Shown piece after piece: positions 35,795 to 47,504 of a stretch of DNA of 49,769 nt; positions within the stretch are counted from its first letter, which is position 1, and the number at the start of each line of letters is the position of its first letter. The stretch spans positions 6,446,099 through 6,495,867 of the forward strand of contig NC_057720.1 of the NCBI RefSeq assembly GCF_004010195.1. Direction: 5' to 3'. This DNA is from Chiloscyllium plagiosum. Taxonomy: Eukaryota. The position numbers were made by a program, and so were the translations under genes. The notes beneath the pieces are model-generated. The model was not told the origin of the DNA. It did no database searches and was given only the letters and a program-made list of their open reading frames with translations.

Positions 35795-36450
35795 CAGCTG
35801 GATAGAACTTCAGTTAGGCCATATTTCAGATATTGTGCACAGTTCTGGCTGCCAGGCCACCAGAATGATGCAGAGGCTTTGGAGACAGTACAGAAACAGT
35901 TTACCAGGGAGTTGCCAGTTTTGGAGGGTATTAACTGCGAGGAGAGATTAAACAAACTCAGTTTGTTTTCACTTGAATGTTGGAGGCTGAGGGACAACCT
36001 GATAGGTTCAGTGGCTCAGTTGTTAGTATTGCTGCCTGACAGTACCAGGGACTCAGGCTCGGTTCCAGCCTTGGGTGATTGTGTGGAGTTTGCATGTTCT
36101 CTTCGTGTCTGCATGCGTTTTCTCAAGGTGCTCTGGTTTCCTCGTACAGTCCAAAAATGTGCAGGTTAGGGTGGATTGGCCATGCTAAATTGCCGCATAG
36201 TGTTCAGGAAAGTTTGGGTTAGGTGCATTAGTCAGGGGTAAATACAGAGTAACGGGGTAGGGGAATGGGTCTGGGTGGGTCACTCTCCAGAGGCTTGGTG
36301 TGGATTTGTTGGGCTGAATAGTCTGTTTCCACACTGTAGGGATTCTGTGTTCTGTACAAAATTATGAGAAGCATGGATAGTCAAAGTCTTTTTCCCAGTG
36401 TCTAAACATTAATTACGAGGGGACATACGTTTAAGGGGAAAAGTTTAAAG
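35795..36450 (+). mobile_element. CR1-like LINE fragment interrupted by an HE1-like SINE (about 36005-36350)
   Basis: RTSVRPYFRYCAQFWLP...LETVQKQFTRELP...LFSLECWRLRDNLI, then SINE sequence, then the LINE resumes (TACAAAATTATGAG). Confidence 0.85.
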
Positions 36451-36769
36451 GATTGTTATTGCACCCATCTCCCAGCAAGTCACATGTTCCACCTCTCTCA
36501 TTACTGCCTGCAATATCTTCCCTCACTTGCTTTTGCCACAACAAATGTCACCATCCTCCTACACTACTGTCTCACTGTGCCACCAGACCCACCTGTAAAT
36601 ATTGGAATCTGAAGGAGAATTGAGGGTTACTGGGGAACGGCAGGAGTGTGGATGTATGGAATGTCTGATTGACCTCCATCCTATTGAATGGTGAACAGGC
36701 TCGAGGGGCCAAATGGCCGACTCGTGTTCCTATTGCTTCTGGTCTTGTGGTCGCACTTATATGCTGCTT

Positions 36770-37522
36770 ATATAAGGCAAATCAGGGCCGGACTTCTACA
36801 CTTAATGGTAAGGTCCTAGGGAGTGTTACTGAACAAAGAGACCTTGGAGTGCAGGTTCGCAGCTCCTTAAAAGTGAAGAAGGCATTTGGTATGCTTTCCT
36901 CTATTGGTCAGAATATCAAGTATAGGAGTTGGGAGGTCATGTTGCGGCTGTACAGGACATTGGTTAGGCCACTGTTGGAATATTGCGTACAATTCTGGTC
37001 TCCTTCCTATCGGAAAGATATTGTGAAACTTGAAAAGGTTCAGAAAAGATTTACAAGGATGTTGCCAGGGTTGGAGGATTTGAGCTACAGGGAGAGGCTG
37101 AACAGGCTGGGGCTGTTTTCCCTGGAGCATCAGAGGCTGAGGGGTGACCTTATAGAGGTTTACAAAATCATGAGGGGCTTGGATAGGATAAATAGACAAA
37201 GTCTTTTCCCTGGGGTCAGGGAGTCCAAATCTAGAAGGCACAGGTTTAGGGTGAAAGGGGAAAGATATAAAAGAGATCTAAGGGGCAACTTTTTCACGCA
37301 GAGGGCGGTGCGTGTATGGAATGAGCTACCAGAGGAAGTGGTGGAGGCTGGTACAATTACAGCATATTAAAGGCATCTGGATGGGTATATGAATAGGAAG
37401 AGTTTAGAGAGATATGGGCCAAATGTTGGCAAATGGGACTAGATTGGGTTGGGATATCTGGTTGGCATGGGCGGGATGGACTGAAGGGTTTGTTTCCATG
37501 TTGTACATCTCTATGACTCTGT
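36770..37522 (+). mobile_element. CR1-like LINE ORF2 C-terminal region and 3' UTR, 5'-truncated and relatively young
   Basis: About 200 aa open (ORF 36669-37370): LYRTLVRPLLEYCVQFWSP...RLRGDLIEVYKIMRG...NFFTQRAVRVWNELPEEVVEA. Confidence 0.93.
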
Positions 37523-38339
37523 ATATACCGTATATTAGGAAATACTTGCAATGTCTTTTTGCATACACCTGTAATGTGCTTGTGTTCTCCTCCTAAAAGA
37601 CGCATCGCATTTGTGTGATGATGGGCTATTAGATGAATCCCTCAGATATTCACCCTGCTCCAGAGACCACATTTGTAAGGCAGTGATGAGGGTGACCCCC
37701 GAACGTTTTGTGATGGCTGACCTCATTCTCTTGCTAGTGATTCCCTGTATCTATGTAATAAAAAAAAACAATTATACAGGATTTTGGAGATAACCTTGAA
37801 AGCTGTGACTTGATGTGTTTCTGACTTTAATCAGAAGAGGGTCAGAAATCATAGGGCACAAATGTCTGGAAGATTAGTTCTGTAGCTTCCATGAATTGAC
37901 ACACCTGCCTTCTGTTCTCAAATGTCTGGCATTGGATCAAAGCATTTTTGTTTTCTTTAATGTATGGTACATTCTTCGAAATATTGACAATGTTAAAGAT
38001 CTCCATATCTACAGGTGCTCATGTTAGACCTTCAAGCAGCATTCAACAATACAACAGACCCAGCCACTGTGATAAAGAGGATAAATCAGTAACCATGGTT
38101 AAATGGCACAGTGCAGAGGTTTCTGGGGTTTGACGTTTGTAGGCGGAAGTGGAGACTAAATTAAACCACAAGTTCTGATAAAAGGTCAATGATGTCAACC
38201 TTGACTTTCTTCCTTTCAGCACAGATGCTGCCAGCTGTGCTAAGTATCTGCAGAATTTCCTGTTTTTATTTCAAATTTCCAGCATTCAAGATATTTTGCT
38301 TCTGAATATACACATGTGACCTCATGGAATGGCAGAGGT

Positions 38340-38815
38340 TATGGGGAAGCGCTGGCTTAATGGTGTTGTCGTAGTTCTGCTGACCCAGGTAATGGCAGAT
38401 GATAGTCATAGTGCGGCGCTACTGGTACTGGACTGGGGTGGGCAAAGTCAGAAGTCACACGACACCAGGTTTTTCGTCCAAGCTAAATCACAAGCTTTTG
38501 GAGCGCTGCTCTTTCATCATGTGAAGTTGGTGGCTGGTGAAATTTGGATTCAATAATAACTTATTATTTATAATCTGAATTAAAGTGTCTAATGATGACT
38601 ATCAATCCATTGCCCATTGCTGGAAAAAATCCATCTGGTTCACTAATGTCCTTTAAGGAAGGAAACTGTCATCCTTACCTGGTCTGGCCTACATGTGACT
38701 CCAGACCCATAGCAATGTGGTTGACTCTCAACACCCCTCTGGGCAACCAAGGACGGGCAATAAATGCTGGCCCAGACAGTGACACCTATAGCCCATGAGT
38801 GAATAAATAAAAAAA
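38340..38815 (+). mobile_element. Second-family SINE interrupted by a Penelope family-2 fragment (about 38425-38525)
   Basis: Body AAAAATCCATCTGGTTCACTAATGTCCTTTAAGGAAGGAAAC and tail GGGCAATAAATGCTGGCC...GAATAAATAAAAAAA. Confidence 0.75.
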
Positions 38816-39449
38816 CATGATATGTCAATGAAGGTTTGCCATAAATCACAAATCATTGATGCTGGTGAACTGTGATGTACCAATATATTCAGGAAGATGC
38901 TTCCTAACCTCTGAGTGAGATCATTTAGAGGATATATTTTCAGGTCTCACAAATCCTCGCAGAGTGTGAGAAGGAAGTGCCTCAGTTAATGCATCTTGCC
39001 TTTCCTTAGCTCTTCTGGAGGGTTATCATCGATTTGATACAGTGAATAGAATTTTGTGCCCTCCCCCATCACTGCTTTGGTACTGGCGGAGGTTTGTTCG
39101 GGAAGGGGTATGTTGGGGGAGGGGGCGCTGCATTTAATCAGGCGTGAGGCTGGTGGATGGTGGAGATCCTGCCCCCTCCATCCTGATGAGTCCCAGGTTG
39201 GGGAGGCTAATGAATGGTCTTTCCTGCCTTCCACCACTTGGGGCTCTTAAGTTGCTCACTAATGGCTGCTTGAGACCCTCACTCCCTCAGGTGGGGAGGG
39301 GGGGTAATCTGCCTTCAAGTGCATCCAGTATCTGCTTGAGAGACCTACGATTAGGAAGGAGGGAGTCCCTGAGGGCCACCCTCTGTTCTAACTGTTCATC
39401 CCCGCTCTCCCCACAGCCCTCCTGTGACTACCATCTGCATGTCCAGGAT

Positions 39450-39810
39450 TGAGATGGATAAAATTATGAGGGTCAGATGTAGGGGAGAGATGAAGAACCA
39501 TGTTCCCCTTGTTGGAGGGATCAATAGAGGCACAGGTTGAAGGTAAGGGGCAGGAGGTTTAGAGGAAATGGGAGGAAAAATCCTTTCATCCATACGATGT
39601 TGGGAATTAGTGCTCATTGCCTGTAAAGGTGGCAGAGGCAGAAATCCTCATATTATTAATATATTGTATATTATATATTAACAAAAATGTGCAGATTCAT
39701 GTCCAGGTGCACAATGCATGGGTCAAATGTTTGGTCGTCGTTTTGACTGCTGCAGATTGAATCGGCTGAAGGGCCTTTTGCTGTGCTGTTGATCTCAATG
39801 ACTCTGTGAT
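39450..39810 (+). mobile_element. CR1-like LINE 3' end
   Basis: GGCACAGGTTGAAGGTAAGGGGCAGGAGGTTTAGAGG...CTCAATGACTCT tail. Confidence 0.65.
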
Positions 39811-40091
39811 TCCCCCGAGCAACTTCCAGCCAACCCTTAGCACCCGGGCCTCTCCTCAGTCTGAGAATGGCAGTCATATCCACAGCAACCATCACATCTG
39901 GGGACTGGAACTGCCAGCCTCTGATTGACTACCCAGCTCTCCCCAGGGTCCCTGATCTCTCTGCTGGCCTGTTAAGTGCCTGAGGCGTAGTAGATCTTGC
40001 CAAGAAAAGGCAATGTATTGAGCCCATTCAGGGGATACGACTTCCATTTAATGCTGTCTATAAACTCTATTTCTTTCTTCACAGAGGTTGC

Positions 40092-40454
40092 TGTAGTGAG
40101 TGTAACGAGGTTAGCCAGGTGAATCTCATGGAGTAGGCGTCCCCTGATTACGGCTGTTAACCTGGTCCAATCGGGGAGCCCTGACTGACAGATAGAAACA
40201 GGAGTGTGTGGGCGGCACGGTGGCACAGTGGTTAGCACTGTTGCCTCACAGCGCCAGGAGTAGGCGTCCCCTGATTACGGCTGTTAACCTGGTCCAATCG
40301 GGGAGCCCTGACTGACAGATAGAAACAGGAGTGTGAGATGTTCTGCTCACTCTGAGATCTGGCTCTGAGGGAGTGGGATCAGTGTCAAGGACTTTCCATG
40401 TGTAACTAAAGGGTGACTTGGTGATGGGATACCAGCCTCTGTGGAGTTATTCCA
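40092..40454 (+). mobile_element. Solo LTR containing a SINE-head insertion and a 79-bp duplication
   Basis: TGTAGTG...TTATTCCA termini. Flanks GTTGC and GCTGC fit a 5-bp target-site duplication with one mismatch. Homologous to 18700-18922. Confidence 0.75.
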
Positions 40455-40499
40455 GCTGCCATGTCTATTCCCAACATTTTCTGCTTTTATTTCTGATGT

Positions 40500-41740
40500 G
40501 GAGGTACGGGTGTTGGACTGGGGTGGACAAAGTTAAAAATCACACAACACCAGGTTACAGTCCAATGGGTTTATTTGAAAGTACAAGCTTTTGGAGCGCT
40601 GCTCCTTCATCAGGCAGCTAGTGGGGCAGGATCATAAGACACAGAATTTATAATAAAAAATCATAGTATCATATAGATGATGTGATGTATTGGACAAATC
40701 TAGATTGCTGTTAAGTCTTTAATCAATTAGAATGGGGATGCAGATCTTGATTGATTTTTATGTAAATCCCCAAACTTCTTTCAAGTCACAGCCCAGAGAT
40801 AACTTAAGGTGTTTTCAGTATATATAAAAAAAGTGACAGCTCAGCTCAGACAATGCATTGAAGGTGTGTCTGTATCCTAACCTTGAGTCAGACTGGTTCT
40901 ATTTCCAAACTGGGAATTTATCAAATATACTTGTGGATAGGTCGAATTTTGAAGACTTTTTTAAAATCTGAAATTAGGGGGTATATACAAGGCATTGTTT
41001 TCGAGGGGATGAATATCTATCTACAGAATAGATAAAATGGGAAATCTATCTTCCCGGCAGCCCCATGGTCCCTGGTTCTGGAACATTCCCTGTGTTATGT
41101 TCGGGTCATGTTTAACCGTGAGTAACTGAAACTGACTCCGCGGATACGGTGGTCATCCTGTAATGTTGTACCATTACAGTAATTGTCAAAACCAGGAGCG
41201 GAGCGTGATGGCCGGAAGATGTGGAATGGAGCGGTACGGCCAGCAGACTGGAAAGCCGGAGCAGAGCGCAACAGGCAGGCACACTGACTCACAAATGTTG
41301 ATCTGTAACTGTGAAGAACTCGGGTTGACTTATACATGAGATATCTGGTAAATGCAAGATAATTTGGCCAAAGATAAGGGGTCGACTTATACATGAGATT
41401 GACCTATACACAGTATATACGGTATAAAATGTCAAATTGACTGACTGACTATAGATTGTGTGCTTTTTGACCAAGATAGAATGAATTCTGCAAACACAAA
41501 TTCTGGGATTTACGTATTACTCAATCGAAATCTACAAGCTCGTTTTAACTGATTAAAGACTTAACAAAAATCTCGTATTCTTCAATACATTGCATCAGTT
41601 TAATGACACTTTGGCCTTTTACTCTAAATTACCTGCTCTATCATCCTGCCCCACTGATGAAGGAGCAGTGCTCTGAAAGTTTGTACTTCCACGTAAATCT
41701 GTTGGACTATAACCTGGTGTCGTGTGATTTTTAACTTTGT
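40500..41740. mobile_element. Penelope-like (family 2) structure with ~250-bp inverted arms, each carrying a hammerhead motif
   Basis: Left arm ACAAAGTTAAAAATCACACAACACCAGG...TGTAAATCCC mirrors right arm GGGATTTACG...CCTGGTGTCGTGTGATTTTTAACTTTGT. Cores lie at 40586-40613 (-) and 41654-41682 (+). Confidence 0.8.
40921..41422. mobile_element. Tc1/mariner-type non-autonomous DNA transposon nested in the Penelope-like structure
   Basis: TA on both sides. The right end reverse-complements to CCGTATATACTGTGTATAGGTCAA and the left end is TCAAATATACTTGTGGATAGGTCGA. Subterminal GACTTATACATGAG is repeated. Confidence 0.7.
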
Positions 41741-42576
41741 TTTTATTTCAGAACACCCGAATCTGCGGTGTTGGGTTTTTGCTCTTGGCTTCTCTGTTTC
41801 TATGCCAGCTCCTTACCTGAGCAGTCAAAATGTAATTGCTGCCTCCCATAGCCCTGCAACTTCCTTTGTTCCAAAGCTTATGTACTTTTCTTGTAAAAGA
41901 TGTAATGGCCTCTGCCTCAGTTATTCCCTTTGGCAAAGCTGCATGTAAAGAAATGTCTTTGAATATCTCATCTAGCTGTCTTAGTGAATTTTAAATTAAT
42001 AACCCCATATCATTAACTCCCCAACAAGAGGAAGCAGTTTGTCCCTATTCACCTAATCAACAGCCTTCATTGCTTAAAAAAAACATTATTAGCCTTCGAT
42101 GTTCCAATGGAAATAGACCTAGATTTTCAAGTCTCTCCTAATAATTAGTTTCCCCTCTCTGGAATCATCCAGTTATGCGCTCTCGTTGTGTCCATTTCTA
42201 TAAATGGCTCAAAGTGCAAAAAATACAACATGGCAAACAGGGGCAAGAATAAATTGGATTGGAATTTGGAGCAGTGTGTTGTTCCTCTGTGAGCAGGACA
42301 ACCAACAAAACTCAAAGACCAATTACCTTTTCCTGTAAAAGGGCAAGACAATCCTGCTCTGAGGCAATTTCACTCGTACATCCAACTAACACGCCAGCCC
42401 CTAGCCCCCCACCCCCACAGGACATGTCCTGATTTGATTTTCTTTTATACACACATGTGGGCATCGCTGCCTGGGCCCAGCATTTATTGCCCATCCCAGT
42501 TGCCCTTGAAAAGGTGCTGGTGAGCTGCCTTCTTGAACCAATGCAATAGCTTTTCCTTAATTTCAAAATGTACTTC

Positions 42577-43052
42577 TCAGTGGTTAGCACTGCTGCCCCA
42601 CAACACCAGGGACCCAGATTCGACTCCAACCTTAGTACAACTGTCTGTGTGGAGTCTGCACATTCTCCCCGTGTCTCCGCGTGCTCCACGTTCCTCCCAC
42701 AATCCAAAGATGTGCAGGTCAAGTGGATTGGCCATTCTAAATTGCCCCACAGTGTGTCCAGGGATGTGTAGATTAGGTTGATTAGCTATGGGAAATGCAG
42801 GGTTACAGCGATGGGGTAGGATTGGGTCTGGGTGGAATGCTCTTCGGAGGATCAGTGTGGACTCAATGGGTCGAATGAAGGGCTGATGAAGGGCTTTTGC
42901 CCGAAGCGTCGATTTTCCTGCTCCTCGGATGCTGCCTGACCTGCTGTGCTTTTCCAGCGACACACTCTAATCTAGACTCTAATCTCCAGCATCTGCAGTA
43001 CCCACTTCCGCCTGAGTGGATCGAATAGCCTCCTTTCACACTGGAGGAATTC
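42577..43052 (+). mobile_element. HE1-like SINE with a Penelope family-1 end (about 42878-43015) inserted near its 3' end
   Basis: Insert CTGATGAAGGGCTTTTGCCCGAAGCGTCG... is flanked by TGGGTCGAAT and TGGATCGAAT. Confidence 0.8.
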
Positions 43053-44449
43053 TACAATTCTATTTCACACACACAGTCATAAATGCAGCCCAGTTCTGCA
43101 TAGTAGCATGTCAAGGAAACAAACAAACATTGGAGATTGACTGTATCCATACAAACCACGGACATCTCTGACACATATTTAAATGCAGTTGAAGCACCGG
43201 GATGGTCCAACAGCTGAACAGACTGAGTGGCTTCACATTTTAGGGAGCAGTTAAGACTGAACGACATGGCTGTGTTCCTGGATTCACACGTAGGCCAGAC
43301 CAGGTAAGGGTGGCAATTTCCTTCACATTCTTGGCAGCTGTGACACTGTAATCCTGCATTTTGTTCCGTTACCCTGTACAGTACAATCTTCCTGTAAACT
43401 ATGTAAGATAACGCTTTAACTGTACCTGAGTACATATGACAGTCAGAAATCAAATCAATTTTTTTTTAGTGAGAAAAATGTATTTATCCCAACAACAGTT
43501 TAATTGCCACCATTGGACTCTTAAATTTTATCAAATTTAAATGTCTTTCATCTACTATGGCAGGATCCCAGAACTTTACCTGAGTCTCTGGATTAAAGGG
43601 ACAAACCATTGTTGTCCTCAGGTACAAATACATTATCCGTTCCAACACTCAGTTCACAACCCCTGACCCACATTCAAATCATCTTCTAGGGAAGCCAATC
43701 AATCAAGAAAGAAAAGTTTGAGCGAATTTTCTCATGGGGAATCTCCATTTCAACACTCCCCCACCCTCCCCTCTCCACCACCACTAAAGGTAACCAACCT
43801 TAATACCTTACTGTCAGGATTATCTGTTCCAGTTAACTTTCTACAACTTGGAATGCCTTTCACTCAGCCTGCCTGGAGACCGTGGAAATGTGGAACTCGG
43901 GACCTCCCTGAGAGTGGTTGGGGTGATTAACGTTTAAGGGGCAGCTTAATAGGACATGAAAGATGTAGATGGTAATGCCGAGCCAGTTCTGTGAAGAAGA
44001 ATGAGAGAAACCTTCAGTAGAACATGCATGGATTGGAAGATGGGCTGAATGGCCTGTTTCAATGTAGAGTCCCTGTATTTAGATCTTCACCATTCCACAC
44101 ATCCGCATAGAATATTCTGCTTACCATTTCATGCTGTGTGAATCCAGTGTTCACATCCCTGTGGTTTTCAGCAGAAGATGTAGAAAACATCTAAATGATT
44201 ATAAAAGGGTTTGATCTGGACGGTGTCCATGATGTAATGTTGTGTTTTCTCTACCAGAAGGTGCACTGTGCTTGTGTGTATTATCCTCTTCACATGTCAA
44301 GGTTGTTCCAATCTGTTGGGTAAGTGTGACAAATTGTATACATTTCTTGTTTTATTAAACAATTTTTTCAGCAGGACATTTTTATGTTATTAAACAAAAA
44401 GTTTTTATTGCCTTTAATCTTCTGCACCTATCAATGTTTTCAATGTTTG

Positions 44450-45350
44450 GAAGTCATTAGCATGGTTAGTAAGCTCATGGATGACACCAAAATAACATAA
44501 TGGTGTAATGGACAATGAAGAAGGTTATCTCAGAGTACAACAGGATGTTGATCAAATGGACCAAAGGGCTAAGGAGTGGCAGATGGAGTTTAAATTAGAT
44601 AAATGCGAGGTGTTGCATTCTGGTAAGACAAACCAGGGCAGGACTTAGACAAGTAATGGTAGGGCCCTGGAGAGTGTTGTCGATCAGAGAGACCTAGAGT
44701 TACAGGTAAGTACTGTAGTTCCTTGAACTTGCATCCAGGTAGGCAGGGTAGTGAAAAGGTGTTTGGCACATTTGCCTTCATTAGCCAGAGTATTGAATAC
44801 AGGAGTTGGGCTGTCACGTTGCGGCTGCACAACACATTAGTTTGGCCACATTTGGAGTACTGCATACAATTCTGATCTCCCTGCTATAGGAAGAATATTA
44901 TTAAATTGGGAAAAGGTGTAGTAAAGATTTACAAGGATGTTACTGGGACTGGAGGGTTTAAGTTATAAGGAAAGGCTGGATAGGTTGAGACTTCTTTTCC
45001 ATGGACATAGGAGGCTGAATGGTGACCTTAAAGAAGTTTATAAAGTCATGAGGAGCATAGATAAAATGTATAGCCAAGGCCGTTTCACCTTGGAGGGCAT
45101 AGTTTTAAGGTGAGAGGGAAAAGATTTAGAAGGGACCCGAGGAACAGCTTTTTCACACAGAGGGTAATGTGTATATGGAATGATTTGCCAATGGAAGTGG
45201 TTGATGCAGGTACAGTTACAACATTTAAAAGACACTTGGATGGGTACATGGATAGGAAAGAAGTAGAGGGATATGGGCCAAACGCAGGCAAATGGGACTA
45301 CCTCAGTTTGGGAAACCGAGTTAGTATGGAGAGTTGGACCCTATGACTCG
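44450..45350 (+). mobile_element. CR1-like LINE ORF2 3' portion, degraded
   Basis: Starts at an RT-like ..DDTK motif (GATGACACCAAA), includes W.MEF..DKC.VLH and NSFFTQRVMCIWNDLP. Confidence 0.88.
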
Positions 45351-45402
45351 ATCTAATTGCACCCTGTCAGATTATACATTCACCAATAATGTAAACCTGG
45401 GA

Positions 45403-45516
45403 AAATAAAGCAAGGAACTTGTGGATGATAGAAATTTGAAGAAGAGTCATCGGACTCGAAACATTCACTCTGTTCTCTCTCTGCCAGACCCACTGAATTT
45501 CTCCAGCAATGTTTGT
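45403..45516. mobile_element. Short Penelope-like (family 3) insertion with a 16-bp target-site duplication
   Basis: TAATGTAAACCTGGGA at 45387-45402 and 45517-45532. Internal TTGAAGA-AGAGTC-ATCG-GACTC-GAAA-CATT. Confidence 0.7.
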
Positions 45517-46341
45517 TAATGTAAACCTGGGACCTCACTTTTGTCGGACAAAGAATTTGTACAGGTCAAACTCATAACTTGAGCGCAGGCTCAAGACTAA
45601 CCCTTATAAAAACAAATACTTCCATTAGCCAAACTTTTCGAAACAGATTGAAAGTTTTTCTTTTCTCTGTAAAGGCACAGAAGAATATTGTATAAAGTTG
45701 GGTCAATGGGACTGAGGTACAAATCAAGTATGATCTACTTACCCTGTTCATAATTATCTGCCTTCATCCTCTGCAAATAAATTCAAACTGCTATGCACTT
45801 CAATTGCTTACAATCCAGCCTCACTCAGGTATTGGATTACTGAGGCTGCCGTAGAGAATGAACTCAGTTCCAATCTCCCACTGCCAGACTTGTCATCTTT
45901 GAGCTAACTCGACCTCAAAAGACCTTGTGCATTTTATCATTTGATGCAAAATTCATGGCTGGCTTCACCTCTCTTGCTGTTTGCTGACTGGTTTCTTGTG
46001 GGTACTGGTTAATGTTTACTTTCAGAAATTATTCAATTTTATTCCATGTCCATGATTGGGTGATTTCGCTGCTCACAGGACTGTTACTTCACACAGATTT
46101 TTATGTATATAAATGATCAGTCAAGCATAACAAATTAGATGTGAGAATCCGTGTCAAGATGTACTGCCAGGAGTCACGCTGTCCAAACAAACATTACACT
46201 CCCTCAATGACAACGAGTTTGAATGAAAATATCACAGCTCTCGTAGACCAGTGTTGCTCATCATTCAAAAGGTCGTTTTTTTTCATTCATTCACAGGATG
46301 TGGACATCCCTGGCTAGTCCAGAATTTATTGCCCATCCCTT

Positions 46342-46645
46342 GGGCGGCACGGTGGCACAGTGATTAGCACTGCTGCTTCACAGCGCCAGACACCCGGGTT
46401 CAATTCCCGCCTCAGGCGACTGTCTGTGTGGAGTTCGCACATTCTCCCAATATCTGTGTGGGTTTCCTCCCACAGTCCAAAAATGTGCAGGTTAGGTGAA
46501 TTGGCCATGCTAAGTTGCCCGTAGTGTTAGGTGAAGGGGTAAATGTAGGGGAATGGGTATGGGTGGGTTGCGCTTCAGCTGGTCCGTGTGGACTTGTTGG
46601 GCCAAAGGGCCTGTTTCCACATTGTAAGTAATGTAATCTAATCTA
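46342..46645 (+). mobile_element. HE1-like SINE inserted in a minus-strand second-family SINE (about 46280-46790)
   Basis: GGGCGGCACGGTGGCACAGTG head through to a TAATCTAATCTAA tail; the host SINE resumes after the tail. Confidence 0.9.
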
Positions 46646-47074
46646 ATTACCCAGAGGGCATTGACGAGTCAAACACATTGCTGTGGGTCTGAAGTCACAT
46701 GTATGCCATACCAGGTAAGGGATGGTAGATTTCCTTCCCTAATGAACATTAGTGAACTAGATGGGTTTTCCCAACAATCAATAATAAATTAGACTCATCA
46801 CGTCATGTTTTGCCATTCATGCTGGGCATCGAAGGCTAAGGTGATAGAGTGTAGGTCCACAGGCCTATCTTGCAGACACTGAATAATGGACTTGGCTGTC
46901 CATGGTGATCATCACCATCTCCATGGAAACGGTCAGGTATATGAATGCCAAGCCAGTACCATACGATAACATTAGTGGACACCTCCATTCTTCGATCCAG
47001 TTTAGCAAGTGATTCTGACAAACTTCCCTGCTGTTCCTGAGTCTGCTTTGGCATATATTTATATTAATTCTTGG

Positions 47075-47500
47075 GGCTTGGGCATCACTGGCTTGGTCAG
47101 AATTTACTGCCCATTCCTAATTGCCCTTAAGAAGGTGGTGGTGGGTGCTTTTATGAACTGCTGCAGTCCATGTACTGTAGGTTGACCCACAGTACTCTTT
47201 GGGAGGGAATTCCAGGATTTTGGCCCCATGATACTGAATGAACAGCGATATATTTCCAAGTCAGGATGGTGACCTGGGATATTTCTTCCTTGACCAGCTG
47301 TGGAGATAGTCACAAATGTGCTCAACAACTTGTGCTCTCAAGTCAAATCTAGGAATGGAAACACACTGAGGTGGAGGTTGTAGGTGAAAGCTCTGTCCGT
47401 GCATCTTCTGAGGATATTCCAAGTTGGAGGTGGACTTGAGGGTCTGTTTGGCATGTGTCACCTTTGTGTGAATTGTCTGAGTGCCTACATAGGAGAGTAG
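47075..47500 (-). mobile_element. LINE 3' end (same family as 15890-16208)
   Basis: GCCCATTCCTAATTGCCCTT...GGGAATTCCAGGATTTTGGCCC...ATATTTCCAAGTCAGGATGGTGA. Confidence 0.7.
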
Positions 47501-47504
47501 TGAG

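Noticed and set aside
36669..37370. 233-aa ORF as a host gene
   Set aside because: It is the C-terminal part of a CR1-like LINE ORF2, 5'-truncated.
39045..40000. Possible GC-rich non-autonomous DNA element split by a CR1 fragment
   Set aside because: I could not define convincing terminal repeats or a target-site duplication by eye.
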